The translations under genes were made by a program, and so were the position numbers. The notes beneath the pieces are model-generated. The model had not been told where the DNA came from. It saw only the letters and a list, made by a program, of their open reading frames with translations, and did no database searches. Shown one piece after another: positions 1-12,329 of a stretch of DNA of 64,000 bases (position 1 is its first letter; each line of letters begins with the position of its first letter). Origin of the DNA: an uncultured Gemmatimonadales bacterium. Lineage in GTDB: Bacteria > Gemmatimonadota > Gemmatimonadetes > Gemmatimonadales > GWC2-71-9. The DNA is taken from positions 160,001-224,000 of the forward strand of contig CAWCFX010000006.1 of NCBI GenBank assembly GCA_963795085.1. The letters run 5' to 3'.

Positions 1-1
1 G

Positions 2-118
2 ACGGTGCTCGGCCCGACCACCCTGCGGGCCGTCACCCATCTCGACGTCAACCGGGCCCAGGTCGACGCTGCGGCCCGCACCATCCGGGAGGCACTGGAA
101 GGGCCCGCGGCGGGCTGA
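2..118 (+). CDS. 3' end of a probable low-specificity L-threonine aldolase (partial)
   Basis: Frame 2 reads TVLGPTTLRAVTHLDVNRAQVDAAA...*. The RxVTHLDV C-terminal motif is typical of LtaE-like aldolases. Confidence 0.6.
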   Translation, partial: TVLGPTTLRAVTHLDVNRAQVDAAARTIREALEGPAAG

Positions 119-120
119 GA

Positions 121-1068
121 TCAGGTCCCCAGGATATCCCCGTACACCTTCCGGTCGATGTTGCCGCCGCTCAGCACCACCGCGACCCGCTTTCCTTTCA
201 TCCGTTCCTTTTCCCGGCACAGCGCGGCCAGCGCGATGGCGCCCGCCCCCTCCGCCAGGTTGTGCGTGGCGGTGAAGTAGAGCCGCATCGCCTCTTTGAC
301 CGCGTCGTCGGGCACCATCACCACTCGTTCCAGTCCATGGAACATGATGGCGAGCGCTTCCGGGTCCGGTACCCGGCAAGCCACCCCGTCGGCAAAGGTA
401 TCCGCCGTCTCAGTCGCGAGCAGTTCCCGGTGGCGGAAGGAGAGGGCATAGGCGGGTGCCCGGTCACTGACGACGCCGACGATCCGGGTGGCCAGCCCCA
501 GGGCATTGCGGGCCGCGATCAGCCCGCAGGCTCCGGACCCCATGCCAATGGGGACGAAGATGGTGTCGATGGCGGAGACAGCGCGAAACAGTTCCAGCCC
601 GTAGCTGGCCACGCCCGATACCAGCAACGGATTGAAGGACCGCACCATGTGCAGCCCCCGCTCCCCGGCAAGCCGGGCCGCGTACTCGGCGGCGGCCTGG
701 AAGTCACGCCCGGCTTCAATCAGCTCGACACCCAGTGCCCGCATCGCCGCGTTCTTCTCCACGCTGTTCCCAATCGGCGCGACGACAGTCGCCGGGATTC
801 CCACCCGGCCGGCGGCAAACCCGATGCTCTGCCCGTGGTTGCCCCGGGTCGCCGTGATGACGCCGCTCGGCCGGCTCTCCACCAGGCTCGCAAGGTAGAC
901 CAGTCCGCCCCGCACCTTGAAGGCACCGGTCGGCAGGTGATTCTCGTGCTTGACCCACACCTCGGCGCCGCAGGCCTCGGCCAGCAGCGGCCAGGCGATC
1001 TGGGGCGTCGGTGCAAGCACGGAGTGAACCACGGAGGCGGCGGATTCCAGATCGGGGAGAGAGAGCAT
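121..1068 (-). CDS. PLP-dependent threonine/serine dehydratase
   Basis: KHENHLPTGAFKVRGG PLP-lysine motif, ATRGNHG, PIGMGSG, SGGN. Start moved to ATG 1068 (MLSLPD) because the upstream extension is a translated repeat. Confidence 0.9.
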   Translation of the reverse strand: MLSLPDLESAASVVHSVLAPTPQIAWPLLAEACGAEVWVKHENHLPTGAFKVRGGLVYLASLVESRPSGVITATRGNHGQSIGFAAGRVGIPATVVAPIGNSVEKNAAMRALGVELIEAGRDFQAAAEYAARLAGERGLHMVRSFNPLLVSGVASYGLELFRAVSAIDTIFVPIGMGSGACGLIAARNALGLATRIVGVVSDRAPAYALSFRHRELLATETADTFADGVACRVPDPEALAIMFHGLERVVMVPDDAVKEAMRLYFTATHNLAEGAGAIALAALCREKERMKGKRVAVVLSGGNIDRKVYGDILGT

Positions 1069-1069
1069 G

Positions 1070-1186
1070 GGGATTGAGGGAAATGAGGGAATGGGGGAAT
1101 TGAGGGAATGTTGGAATTGAGGGAGTGTTGGAATTGAGTTGAGCCTCACAAATTCCACAATTTCCTCAAGTCCGACATTCCCTCAA
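1070..1186. repeat. Degenerate 9-bp repeat (TTGAGGGAA-like) followed by inverted degenerate copies
   Basis: GGATTGAGGGAAATGAGGGAATGGGGGAATTGAGGGAATG... then AATTCCACAATTTCCTCAAG...ATTCCCTCAA. Same unit as the array at 55248. Confidence 0.7.
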
Positions 1187-1189
1187 ATC

Positions 1190-1786
1190 CTATGGCGTAA
1201 ACACCGCCGCGCTCCCCTGCCCGTCCGTGATGATCCCGATCCCGGTTCGAGAATTGTGATAGGACCCGCTGCCATCGCCATAGTTTTCGCCAACCCCGCT
1301 TCCCTGGCGGTACAGTCCCCGCTGCATGGCGAGGGCGCGAAGGTTCACAATGGCGGCCTGGCCTTCGAATCCCGCGTTCCCCTGGTAATCGAGCCAATAA
1401 CGTCCCTGGGCCACCGGCCCGGTGAGCTGCTGTAATCCCGTCAGGTCCGCCGCTGGCAACTGGCGCCCATTGATGAAGACCCCGGTGGTCCCCCGGGAGA
1501 TATCTGCAGGGAGGTCACCGCCGATGGGCAGCAGTGGAACCGTGAATCCCATGGTGGCGCCGCCTTCCTGACCCCAGGCCCCGGAGATCTTGTCATACCA
1601 GTAACGGCCGTCCGGGACGCGGGTCTGGAAGGTCTGCTCCAGCAAGGCCAGCGTATCGGCCGGGAGCCGGGCCCGATTGATGAAGACACTGCGAGCTGCC
1701 TGTGCCTGAACGACTTCCATTATCCCTCCCGTCAGCAGGAACCCGCAGAGAGGCACTACCGCGCGTAACACTCGATCCGGCTTCAT
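1190..1786 (-). CDS. Exported hypothetical protein with two internal VFIN...GRYW.D..G..G.EG repeats (plant XLG/EDR4 N-terminal domain-like)
   Basis: Signal-like N-terminus MKPDRVLRAVVPLCGFLLTGG. Alternative start at 1720 with a GGAGG SD. The repeated motif is visible in the translation. Confidence 0.7.
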   Translation of the reverse strand: MKPDRVLRAVVPLCGFLLTGGIMEVVQAQAARSVFINRARLPADTLALLEQTFQTRVPDGRYWYDKISGAWGQEGGATMGFTVPLLPIGGDLPADISRGTTGVFINGRQLPAADLTGLQQLTGPVAQGRYWLDYQGNAGFEGQAAIVNLRALAMQRGLYRQGSGVGENYGDGSGSYHNSRTGIGIITDGQGSAAVFTP

Positions 1787-2089
1787 AGGCCCGACCTTGT
1801 TCCAGGGTAAGGGATGGCTGCGCCCTATGCTACCACCCCGGCACTGCCCGGCGCAATTCTTCGCTGATTTTTCGGGTCGTCGTCTGATCTCGGAAACCGC
1901 CAACGACGCCAGGCGATCCTCGATGGGGATGCGGAACCGGACCGCAACCGGGGTGGCCGGCGCATCGCGGTTTTTGAGGTGGGGATCGCGGTTTTCCGGT
2001 GCCGGTCGCGGGAACCCCGTTCGGTAGGTTGGCGTGCCGTCGCATCGCGCCTGGCCGCCGGCGCACCAACGCACAGCCTGGAGGTTCCC

Positions 2090-3331
2090 ATGCACCGAAG
2101 CACCCTGCTCGCCGCCGTCGCGCTGCTGGCGCTTGTGTCCGCCTGCACCGACCGCACCCCGCCGGCCACCGCGCCCAATGGGGCCGACACCCCTGCTACC
2201 CAGTCATCCGGGCCCGCCGTTGAGCGGGAGCGGTTCCAGCGGCTGGCTCGGCATCTCGCCCGGGCCCTGCGAGACAGCGCCTTCCGGGCCACCCTTCGCG
2301 GCCGTCTCGAGGCCTCTCGATTTCCGGAGCACAAACTGCATTTCCAGGGAGTTCTGGCGGGAGACAACCAGCGCCTGCTCACCGAGATCGCCCGGCTGAG
2401 CGGCGCGCCGGAAGCCGAGCTCCGGGAGGACGCCGCCAATGCGGGCGCCATCGAGATCTATCTCCCGGTCCCGGAACACCGAAGGGCGTGGCAGGGTGAG
2501 GAGGACATCCTGGTGGCCACCGCCCTCACCGACGACGAGGCGCCTGTGGCCTGGGACACCCGTGGCGGGAAGCACCTCCTCGACCGGGCGGCGCCCCCGT
2601 CCCGGCCCGTCCTCGGGCTGGTCCCCGCCGAGACCGATTTCCAGGCCACCCGCCCGGCGGGGGCGGACTGCACCGAGGCGACGTGTCCCCCCACTGATGG
2701 GGGGAACCCCGGGGGGGGCGGCGGCGGCATTCCGAGCCCCATGGCACCCGGTTTGTACATGACCTATGCCCATACAACACAGACATTTGAGAGTTGGTTG
2801 AAGGGGAACCCCGAATTTGAGGTGCATATCCTGGGGCAGTTGGGCCAGACCGACTCCCTCGCCGACTATCAGTGCGCGGGTGAGCATGCCGGGGGGCCCT
2901 ACCAGTATGACCAGAACAGCACCGACTGGACTGGCAACGTCCTGCTCTTCAGCCAGGCCCAACTGGACAGTTACCGGGTCCAGCATCCGGGGCAAAGCAT
3001 CCGGGTCTTCATGGTGGAAGATGACGATACTGCCTGTGATATCCGAAACGGAGGCACCACGATGGAAGAGATCCTGGCGGCGGTGGACGGTGCCTATTCC
3101 ATACTGACCGGAGGCCGGGACAGTCTCGCGGGGCCTATCCGGTATTTCAGGAAGGCACGCGCGTATCAGAAGCTGCTGCAGAAGCTGGCCCAGATCATCA
3201 AGACCAACGATGAACTGGTCGGCAATGCGATCGAGGACGCCGTGGTCGGCCAGTACTACCCGGGAGCGAACTGGATCATCAAGGGCGAAAAGAACGTGAC
3301 GAACGGCTGGATCAAGCTGGTCATGAAGTAG
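2090..3331 (+). CDS. Lipoprotein, possibly DUF3103-like
   Basis: GGAGG SD before ATG 2090, lipobox LVSA-C, Gly/Pro linker, FESWLKGNPEFEV motif. Confidence 0.7.
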   Translation: MHRSTLLAAVALLALVSACTDRTPPATAPNGADTPATQSSGPAVERERFQRLARHLARALRDSAFRATLRGRLEASRFPEHKLHFQGVLAGDNQRLLTEIARLSGAPEAELREDAANAGAIEIYLPVPEHRRAWQGEEDILVATALTDDEAPVAWDTRGGKHLLDRAAPPSRPVLGLVPAETDFQATRPAGADCTEATCPPTDGGNPGGGGGGIPSPMAPGLYMTYAHTTQTFESWLKGNPEFEVHILGQLGQTDSLADYQCAGEHAGGPYQYDQNSTDWTGNVLLFSQAQLDSYRVQHPGQSIRVFMVEDDDTACDIRNGGTTMEEILAAVDGAYSILTGGRDSLAGPIRYFRKARAYQKLLQKLAQIIKTNDELVGNAIEDAVVGQYYPGANWIIKGEKNVTNGWIKLVMK

Positions 3332-3360
3332 CACCCCTGCACCTCAACCGGGAGGAGAAC

Positions 3361-3963
3361 GTGCGCACCCTTCGAATGGTTCTGCCGGCACTCTGGCTCA
3401 TGGCAGGCTCCGCGTCGCTCAACGCCCAGCAGGGCTGGGGGGTCGCGCTGGAGATCGGCTCCGCCGGTTTCAGCGGACACTCCGGGTCGACCGGCGACAC
3501 GCCGGAAAGCTCCGGGCGCCCCGCCGGCACCAGCACCTGGGGGGTGCTGCTCGACCGAACCGGGCGCGCCGTTCGCTTCTCGGTGGGGGCCAGGGTGGCC
3601 TCCACCGGCGTGATGATCGAGGACGACGAGATCTCGGTGGAAGCCCGGGACGTGCTGACCCTGCTGGAGATCGCCCCCGAGGCAGCGGTCACCGTCCTGC
3701 GGCCGGAAGGCGGGGCGATCCGCCTGCATGTGGGGGTGGTGGTAGACCGCTGGAGCGCGGATGGCGTCGAAGCGCGGACCAGGGTCGGCGGCCTGGGAGG
3801 CGTGTCGTTGGAGATGCCGCTGGCCCGGCGGATCGGGATCCAGGTGCGGTGGGACGCCAGCATCACCGGGTCGGTGTTCAGGGACGAAGACTTGCCGGCT
3901 GACTTCGAGCGTCGGAGCGGCCGGCGAACCCGGTGGTCGCTGGGCGCCCGTTACCGGCTCTAG
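3361..3963 (+). CDS. Outer-membrane beta-barrel-like protein
   Basis: GGAGGAG SD, signal peptide (ASLNA-Q), amphipathic strands, C-terminal WSLGARYRL. Confidence 0.65.
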   Translation: MRTLRMVLPALWLMAGSASLNAQQGWGVALEIGSAGFSGHSGSTGDTPESSGRPAGTSTWGVLLDRTGRAVRFSVGARVASTGVMIEDDEISVEARDVLTLLEIAPEAAVTVLRPEGGAIRLHVGVVVDRWSADGVEARTRVGGLGGVSLEMPLARRIGIQVRWDASITGSVFRDEDLPADFERRSGRRTRWSLGARYRL

Positions 3964-4526
3964 CGCCTGGTGGCGCCGGCCTGCTCCGGGACCGCGGCCA
4001 CCTGGGGCCGGCCGCATGCCTCGCAGAAACGGGCTCCGTAATCGAGAGGCGCGGAACAGGCCGGGCAGACAACGCCGGTCGCCAGCCGGTCACCACAGTT
4101 GGAGCAGAACACCGCGTCCGGTTCCGGACGGGGTCCGCAGGTCGAACAGGAGAGCACGCCGGGTCCCGCCGAAGCGGAGCGAAGCGCGCGTATTTTAGCG
4201 GAGATAATTGCTTCGACGGGATCCGGCACCTCCCCTGCCTCGGCCGGCATATCGGGCGCCGCCGCCTCGGCCCGCATCGCGGTGATCGCCGATTGCGTGT
4301 AGCGGTCCCGGAGCAGTTGGTAATCCGCATCGGAAAGTTTGCCGGTCTCCCGGTCGAACTCGATTTCCTTCAGCGCGGCCATCGCCATGCCGCGGGGGGT
4401 GTCCTCGATGTCCGGGAGCAGGAATTCGGGCGGGCGGCGCCCGCCGCCCGAACCGAGCAGGGGTTCCAGGATCATAAACAACGCGACCAGCCCCACCACG
4501 AGCGCCGCCCCGATCTCAATGATCAT
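3960..4526 (-). CDS. Membrane-anchored double zinc-ribbon protein (CcmI-N-like), ccm operon
   Basis: N-terminal TM, LKEIEFDRETGKLSDADY motif, four CxxC pairs. 4-bp overlap with ccmH. Confidence 0.75.
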   Translation of the reverse strand: MIIEIGAALVVGLVALFMILEPLLGSGGGRRPPEFLLPDIEDTPRGMAMAALKEIEFDRETGKLSDADYQLLRDRYTQSAITAMRAEAAAPDMPAEAGEVPDPVEAIISAKIRALRSASAGPGVLSCSTCGPRPEPDAVFCSNCGDRLATGVVCPACSAPLDYGARFCEACGRPQVAAVPEQAGATRR

Positions 4527-5151
4527 TCATCATCCCGCTGGACCGCCCGCCGGAGCTCGGCCAGTTCTTCATCAGTGGCATCGACGGGAGAAGGCCCCCC
4601 GGGCGGTGAAGTCGAAGGGGTCCCCGCCGCCACGGCGGCTACCGATTTCCGGCGGGTTATGTAGAGCGCCAGGACGGTACCGGCAGTCAGGATGGCGGCC
4701 CCCGGCACCGCGTAACCCGCCAGGTTGAATCCCTCAGGGCGGGGAGCCATCAGCGCCTGCTCGCCGTACTGGTCCACGAACTGTTGAATGATCTGCGCCT
4801 CGCTGAATCCGGACTGATACAGCCCCAGCACCTGCTTGTGCAGCCGGGGCGAGGTCTCACAGGTAAAGTCGGTGGTGCGGCACGTGAAGATGTCCAGGTT
4901 GCACCCGCACGAGCACTTGAGCTTCTGCTCGATTTGCCTGACCGCTTCGTCGTTATCCGCCGCGGTGGCCCGCGCCCGGGGCCTTCCCACCGAGTAGGGA
5001 TCCCGCAGGGTGCCGGTCTCCCCCGTCCCGGCCAGCGAATCCTGCTGGCCGGCGACATCGCCGCGGACCAGGAAGGCCCCGCTAGCGACAACGGCTGCCG
5101 CACGAAGGAATCCCCGCCGGCTGAGGCTCCGGCCGCCCGCCGCCGCGCCGT

Positions 5152-5155
<4 letters not shown>
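4523..5155 (-). CDS. ccmH: Cytochrome c biogenesis protein CcmH-like, with twin-arginine signal
   Basis: SRRGFL, LKCSCGC..., IIQQFVDQYGEQALMAP, C-terminal TM. ATGA overlap with ccmF. Confidence 0.75.
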
Positions 5156-7202
<2,047 letters not shown>

Positions 7203-7206
<4 letters not shown>

Positions 7207-7628
7207 GCTTCTTTCTGCTCCTCGTACACCGCCTCGTAGCGGGAGCCGCACTTGGCGAGCAGGGTGGTCGCGTGGAAAACACCATCGGTGTTGAGCCGGC
7301 CTTCCACCACCACCTCGATGTTATCCTGGGTGTCGGTGAAGGTATCAGGCGCCATGCCACGGTAGGTCACCGGATAGCTCTTGGTCCCGTCGGTCACTTC
7401 GAAGTCGATGGTCTGGCTGGCCGCATCCCGGCGAATGGTGCCGGGGACCACCCTGGCCCCCATCTTGACGCCCACATTATGGAACGTCGGATCCTGGGCG
7501 GTCCGGGCGGCCAGTTCCGTCGGGGTGAAGAAGTAGGTGCCGGTCTGCTTGACCCCTTCATATATCATGTATGTAATCGCGGCTACGATGACGACGGCCC
7601 CGACCAGGAACTTGTGTCCTGCCTTCAT
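7203..7628 (-). CDS. ccmE: Heme chaperone CcmE (CxxxY variant)
   Basis: N-terminal TM, YFFTPTEL, YRGMAPDTF...VVVEG, LLAKCGSRY. Confidence 0.9.
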
Positions 7629-7687
7629 GGCGTTCTGCTCCCCGGGAGTAAGAATGGAAAATACAGCGTTGGCACCGGGAAAGTCAT

Positions 7688-8437
7688 CTAGGCCCCGCGC
7701 GCCGCGGTCAGGAAGTCCTCGACCGACCGCTTGTGCTCCCCGTATTCCGGACGGCCTCGGGCCATTTCCTCTTCATAGTGCCCCAGGAAGTCGGCGTACG
7801 CCTGCTTCAGGGCAAGCGAATCCCCCGCAAAGCGCGCCCGCGCCCCCCGGATCATGTAGGCAAACAGGTGTCCCGGGGTCTGCTGGAGGATGGTATCGGC
7901 CAGGGCCTCGACGGCGACCGCATCACCGGTATGGATGCGCAGCAGGGCAAGGTGAAACCGGGCGTCCGCATCGACCCGGCCCAGCTGGTCATACGCCATC
8001 ACCGCCATCGGGGTGAACTGGGTCACGGTAGCCATGTCGCCGGACTCCGCAGCCGACATGACCCTGTTGTAGAGCCGGTCGAAGCGTTCCCGGGGTGTCA
8101 GGCTGGAAATATCCGGCGGGGTCCCGGCCGCGTCGGCCGCGAACTGCGGGGTCGCGACGGCTGGCTTCACCACCGGCTCGCTCCGCGCCAACACGAACAC
8201 CAGGAGCACGAGGAGACCGAGTCCGGCCACCCCACTGATCACCCAGGGGGCCTTACCTCCCGGTTGACCCGCCGAGGTCCGCGTTGCCCCGCAATGGGCG
8301 CAGAAACGGCCCTGGCCGGTCAGCGGCTGGGAGCAGCCGGCACAGACCTCGCCCCCAACCGCCGTCCCGCATTCCTGGCAGAATTTTCCGGAGACCCGGC
8401 TGCCGCAGCCGGGGCAGAGGATCGAAGCATGGGGCAT
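7688..8437 (-). CDS. Zinc-ribbon + TM + TPR-like protein
   Basis: Four CxxC pairs, a hydrophobic segment and a helical C-terminal domain. Lies directly upstream of ccmE. Confidence 0.7.
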   Translation of the reverse strand: MPHASILCPGCGSRVSGKFCQECGTAVGGEVCAGCSQPLTGQGRFCAHCGATRTSAGQPGGKAPWVISGVAGLGLLVLLVFVLARSEPVVKPAVATPQFAADAAGTPPDISSLTPRERFDRLYNRVMSAAESGDMATVTQFTPMAVMAYDQLGRVDADARFHLALLRIHTGDAVAVEALADTILQQTPGHLFAYMIRGARARFAGDSLALKQAYADFLGHYEEEMARGRPEYGEHKRSVEDFLTAARGA

Positions 8438-8521
8438 CGGCGCAATTCACTCCGGTCAGGGGTGTCCGGAACAATAAAGCCTGACCATGAAGATTGGGTG
8501 AAATTGGACCGGTCCCGGCTT

Positions 8522-9568
8522 TTAGCAGGGTACACCGTGATACCAGCAGCTGGTGTGGGGGGACTGGGTGAAGAAATCGAACAGGAACTGCCCCACCTTG
8601 GTCTCCCCGGCCTGGCTGGGGTGGAACCCGTCGGTTTCGAAGTCTGCCCGGACCCAGGTGAGCCCGTCCGCGCGAGGGGTGGTGCCGTCGGCCCACAGGT
8701 ACGGGCCCCAAGCCACCCAGGGGGCCACCGTGCGGTGGTCAAGATTGCCGGAGAGCGGGTCGATGGTCCCCTTGAGGATCTGGCGGACCTGGGCGGCGAT
8801 CGTCCAGGCCATCGCCAACCCGCTTTCGTACGCGTAGGGCTCCGGGTTGTTGGTGGCCGTCGTATAGCCGGCGTAGATCCGGCTGGACACGAAGACCTGC
8901 TGCAGGTTCGGATACACGATCTTGAGGGTTCGCAGAATGTTGCCGACGCTGCGCTGGAGGTTGAAGGCATCGGCGCTGGCTGCGGGCAGCGCCACGGTCG
9001 GCGCCTTGTTCACCACTTTGAGCCAGATGACCTGGACCTGCTGATCGGTGACGTTCTGGAGCGCCAGCTCGGTCCGCACCCTCGCGTAGCTGGCTGAAAG
9101 GTACGACTCCCAGACGGGGGCCGGCTGGTTGCCGTCCGCCCCGTTCACCAGGATGAGCGCGGACGACCGGCCGGGATCAGCGCTGACCCGGCCTCCCAGG
9201 GTCCAGCTGTTGCACACCGGGCCCGGCCGCTTGCCGCAGAACTCCTGCCGGGCGCTCGACATTCCCACCGAGAGCAGGACCACCTTCCCGTTGGGCGCGG
9301 GATGCCCCGCGGCATCGAGCGGCTGGATCCGGCGGGCCGCCGCCAGCCCGTCGGTGGTGTGCCGGGCCGGCATGGTGTTGCTGCCATTGTAGAGACCGAG
9401 CTTCCAGCTGTAGTAGGTGCTCGAGGGGCTATCGGCCAGGGGAATCGGGGTGGCGGTCGCGGCGGCCGAAGCATCGAGCCCCGGGTCCAGCGGCTGGCGG
9501 TCCGGCGTGCATCCGGCGCCGAAAATCGACACGGCGGACATGGCCGCCCAAAGTGACCTGCGCTGCAT
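8522..9568 (-). CDS. Lipoprotein, SGNH/GDSL hydrolase-like
   Basis: Lipobox FGAG-C, block-I-like LSVGMS, C-terminal DGFHP (DxxH). Confidence 0.6.
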   Translation of the reverse strand: MQRRSLWAAMSAVSIFGAGCTPDRQPLDPGLDASAAATATPIPLADSPSSTYYSWKLGLYNGSNTMPARHTTDGLAAARRIQPLDAAGHPAPNGKVVLLSVGMSSARQEFCGKRPGPVCNSWTLGGRVSADPGRSSALILVNGADGNQPAPVWESYLSASYARVRTELALQNVTDQQVQVIWLKVVNKAPTVALPAASADAFNLQRSVGNILRTLKIVYPNLQQVFVSSRIYAGYTTATNNPEPYAYESGLAMAWTIAAQVRQILKGTIDPLSGNLDHRTVAPWVAWGPYLWADGTTPRADGLTWVRADFETDGFHPSQAGETKVGQFLFDFFTQSPHTSCWYHGVPC

Positions 9569-9661
9569 CGTTTGGCTCCCGGGTCGCGGTGCGCCACCGC
9601 GGCGCGTCTTCCCAAAAATAGGCCGGACCGGCGCCCTGTCCTGTGATCTGGGTCGCCCCCA

Positions 9662-10786
9662 TCAGCCTCGCCGACGCCGCTTGACCGCGGGCTCGATGGC
9701 GGCTGCCCGGGCCAGCTCCCGGTGGATCCGGCCCACCCGTTCGATCTGCCCCTTGGCGGGGAACCGCTCGTAAAAGCCATCGGCGCGGAAGTTCCTCGTC
9801 AGTTCCGACCAGGGCGCCAGTCGCCCGGCCCAGCGCTTGACCCGGCCTTCCTCGAGATCTTCTTCAGCCCAGAGATCGGCGGCCACCCGGATCATGGCTT
9901 TCAGGGTCACCGAACTGGTGATGAAATAGTTGCTGTTCCCCCAGGCATCGCCCCAGACTGATTCGGCGGCCTTGAAGAAATCGCGGATGACCCGGTAGAA
10001 TCGCTCCACGTAGCGGCGGTCGGTTCCGGTCCGTTCAATGGCCTTCCACTCCGCATGCACCCAGCGGTGCACCTCGTTGAACAGCTCGGCCTGGAGGATC
10101 CACTTTTCCTGGCGGCTCCGCCCGCCCAGCCGGTTGATCCGGTACCGAAGCGGGCTATCCGCCTCCTTGTAGAGCAGTTCCACCACCCGGGCCGAAAACT
10201 TCTTGTCGGGGTCCGCCCAGGAGACCCGCTCGTAGAGATCGACCAGGTGGCTCTTGTTGATGCGGGTGGGCGTACTGTTGATGATGACGAACATCTCGGT
10301 GGCGAAGTCTTCGCTCTTGCCGTCGAAGATGATGCAGGGCACATGCAGCGATGCGGCCTCCTCCGGCCGTTCGTTCTGATAGAACTGCAGCGCGGCCAGC
10401 CGGTGCTGGCCGTCGATAATGAGAAAACCGCCGGAGGGCTGGACCAGAATCCCGTTGTTTCCCGACTGCGGGGTAAACCGCAGCCGTTCGGCCGTAAACA
10501 GGAGCACGGTGCCCGGGATGGGCGGCTGGCTCACGGCCGTTTCGTAGAAATTCTTGATGGCCTTGACCTTGGCCTTGGAGAGGGTGCGCTGAAACGCTGC
10601 TTCCGAGCGCTCGACCCTGGAGATGAACCGCGCAATGTCGTCTTCTTCGGGGGGAGCCTCGGGGGCGATTTGCTCGCCCTCGCCATAGAACCGGCTGATG
10701 AATCGCACCCGCTCCAGCAGTTCCGCGGCAGGATAGGCGGCGAAATAGAAGACGCTGTCCTTCTGGCGTACCTGGGTGGCAAGCAT
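9662..10786 (-). CDS. DGQHR-domain protein (DndB/ParB-like superfamily)
   Basis: FQRTL, IIDGQHRL and FVIINSTP motifs. Confidence 0.85.
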   Translation of the reverse strand: MLATQVRQKDSVFYFAAYPAAELLERVRFISRFYGEGEQIAPEAPPEEDDIARFISRVERSEAAFQRTLSKAKVKAIKNFYETAVSQPPIPGTVLLFTAERLRFTPQSGNNGILVQPSGGFLIIDGQHRLAALQFYQNERPEEAASLHVPCIIFDGKSEDFATEMFVIINSTPTRINKSHLVDLYERVSWADPDKKFSARVVELLYKEADSPLRYRINRLGGRSRQEKWILQAELFNEVHRWVHAEWKAIERTGTDRRYVERFYRVIRDFFKAAESVWGDAWGNSNYFITSSVTLKAMIRVAADLWAEEDLEEGRVKRWAGRLAPWSELTRNFRADGFYERFPAKGQIERVGRIHRELARAAAIEPAVKRRRRG

Positions 10787-10843
10787 CCCGGGTCTCCGTA
10801 GTCGGGGGACGATTCACGAGGGGATTGGGGGCTGGCTACAAGT

Positions 10844-12325
10844 TTACTCCTCCCGGGTGGGCTCGCAATCTCTGGCCCAGGCCAGGGCCGCCCGGACGGC
10901 CCGGCTCCACTCCTCTCGCCGGCGGCGGCGTTCCTCGCCGGCCATGCCGGGCTCGAACACCGTAAACCTCCGCCCGGCGATGAACTCTTCCGGTGTACGC
11001 CAGAGTCCCAGGGCCAGGCCGGCCAGGCCCGCCGCGCCCAGCGCCGTGGTTTCCACCATGTCCGGGCGTTCCACCGGGATGCCCAGGGCGTCGGCCTGGA
11101 ATTGCATCAGCCAATCGTTGGCGGCCGCCCCCCCATCCACCCGCAGCGTCGCGATGGCGGTGCCGGCATCACGGGTCATGGCGGCGACCAGTTCGGCGCT
11201 GCTCCAGGCCATCGCTTCGAGGGCGGCGCGCACCAGGTGCGCCCGGGTGGTGCCCCGGGTCAGGCCGGTGATGGTGCCCCGCGCGTCCGCTTCCCAGTGG
11301 GGCGAGCCGAGGCCCACGAACGCCGGCACGAAGGAGACCCCGCCCGCGTCGGGGACGCTCCGCGCCAGGGCCTCTGTCTCGGCCGCTTCCCCCACCAGGC
11401 CCAGCCCATCCCGCAGCCATTGCACCGCCGCGCCGGCGATGAACACGCTGCCTTCAAGGGCGAACGCCGGCTCGCCCCGGGGCCCGCAGGCGATGGTCGT
11501 CAATAAACCCGCCTGGGAACGGGCCCGCGCGGCGCCGGTGTGTTCCAGCAGAAACGCGCCGGTGCCGTAGGTGTTCTTCGCCATCCCCGGTCGCACGCAT
11601 CCCTGCCCGAAGAGGGCCGCCTGCTGGTCACCGGCGACTCCCGCGATAGGGAGGGCGGCCCCGAAGAATTCCGGATCGCTTTCGCCGAGGATACCGCTGG
11701 AGCTGACCAGGGTGGGCAAGACGTCGCGGGGGACGCCGAACAGGCCCAGCAGTTCGTCGTCCCAGTCGTGGCGGGCCAGGTTATAGAGAAGGGTACGCGA
11801 GGCGTTGGTATGATCGGTGACATGGACGCGCCCGCCAGTCAGGCAGGCGATCAGCCAACTGTCGACCGTGCCGAAGGCCAGGTTCGGCACATCCCGGTGG
11901 CGCGCGAGCAGCCACTCCAGTTTGGTCGCCGAGAAGTACGGATCCAGGACCAGCCCGGTCAGCTCGCGCAGGCGGGGTTCTCTGCCCCCGGCTCGCAGTT
12001 CGGCACAACGCGCCGCCGTGCGGCGGTCCTGCCAGACGATCGCGGGGGCCACCGGCGCCAGCGACGCGCGGTCCCACAGAACCACCGTCTCCCGCTGGTT
12101 GGTAATCCCGATGCCCTCGGGAGTTTCTCCGGCGGCGGCGATGGCGTCCCGGGCAGCCTCGACCGTCACCCGGAGAATCTCCCGGGGATCGTGTTCCACC
12201 CACCCGGGCTGGGGAAAATACTGGGTGAACTCCCGGTAGCCCCGGCCGATCACCCGGCCCTCCCGGTCGATGACCAGCGCGGTCGAGCCGGTGGTGCCCT
12301 GGTCGAGCGCCAGGATGCTCGGCAT
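10844..12325 (-). CDS. glpK: Glycerol kinase
   Basis: [47 protein letters not shown]. Confidence 0.95.
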   Translation of the reverse strand: MPSILALDQGTTGSTALVIDREGRVIGRGYREFTQYFPQPGWVEHDPREILRVTVEAARDAIAAAGETPEGIGITNQRETVVLWDRASLAPVAPAIVWQDRRTAARCAELRAGGREPRLRELTGLVLDPYFSATKLEWLLARHRDVPNLAFGTVDSWLIACLTGGRVHVTDHTNASRTLLYNLARHDWDDELLGLFGVPRDVLPTLVSSSGILGESDPEFFGAALPIAGVAGDQQAALFGQGCVRPGMAKNTYGTGAFLLEHTGAARARSQAGLLTTIACGPRGEPAFALEGSVFIAGAAVQWLRDGLGLVGEAAETEALARSVPDAGGVSFVPAFVGLGSPHWEADARGTITGLTRGTTRAHLVRAALEAMAWSSAELVAAMTRDAGTAIATLRVDGGAAANDWLMQFQADALGIPVERPDMVETTALGAAGLAGLALGLWRTPEEFIAGRRFTVFEPGMAGEERRRRREEWSRAVRAALAWARDCEPTREE

Positions 12326-12329
12326 CCGC

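Noticed and set aside
9662..10786. DNA phosphorothioation (dnd) or dpd modification island
   Set aside because: Only the DGQHR gene is present. No partner genes or compositional anomaly.
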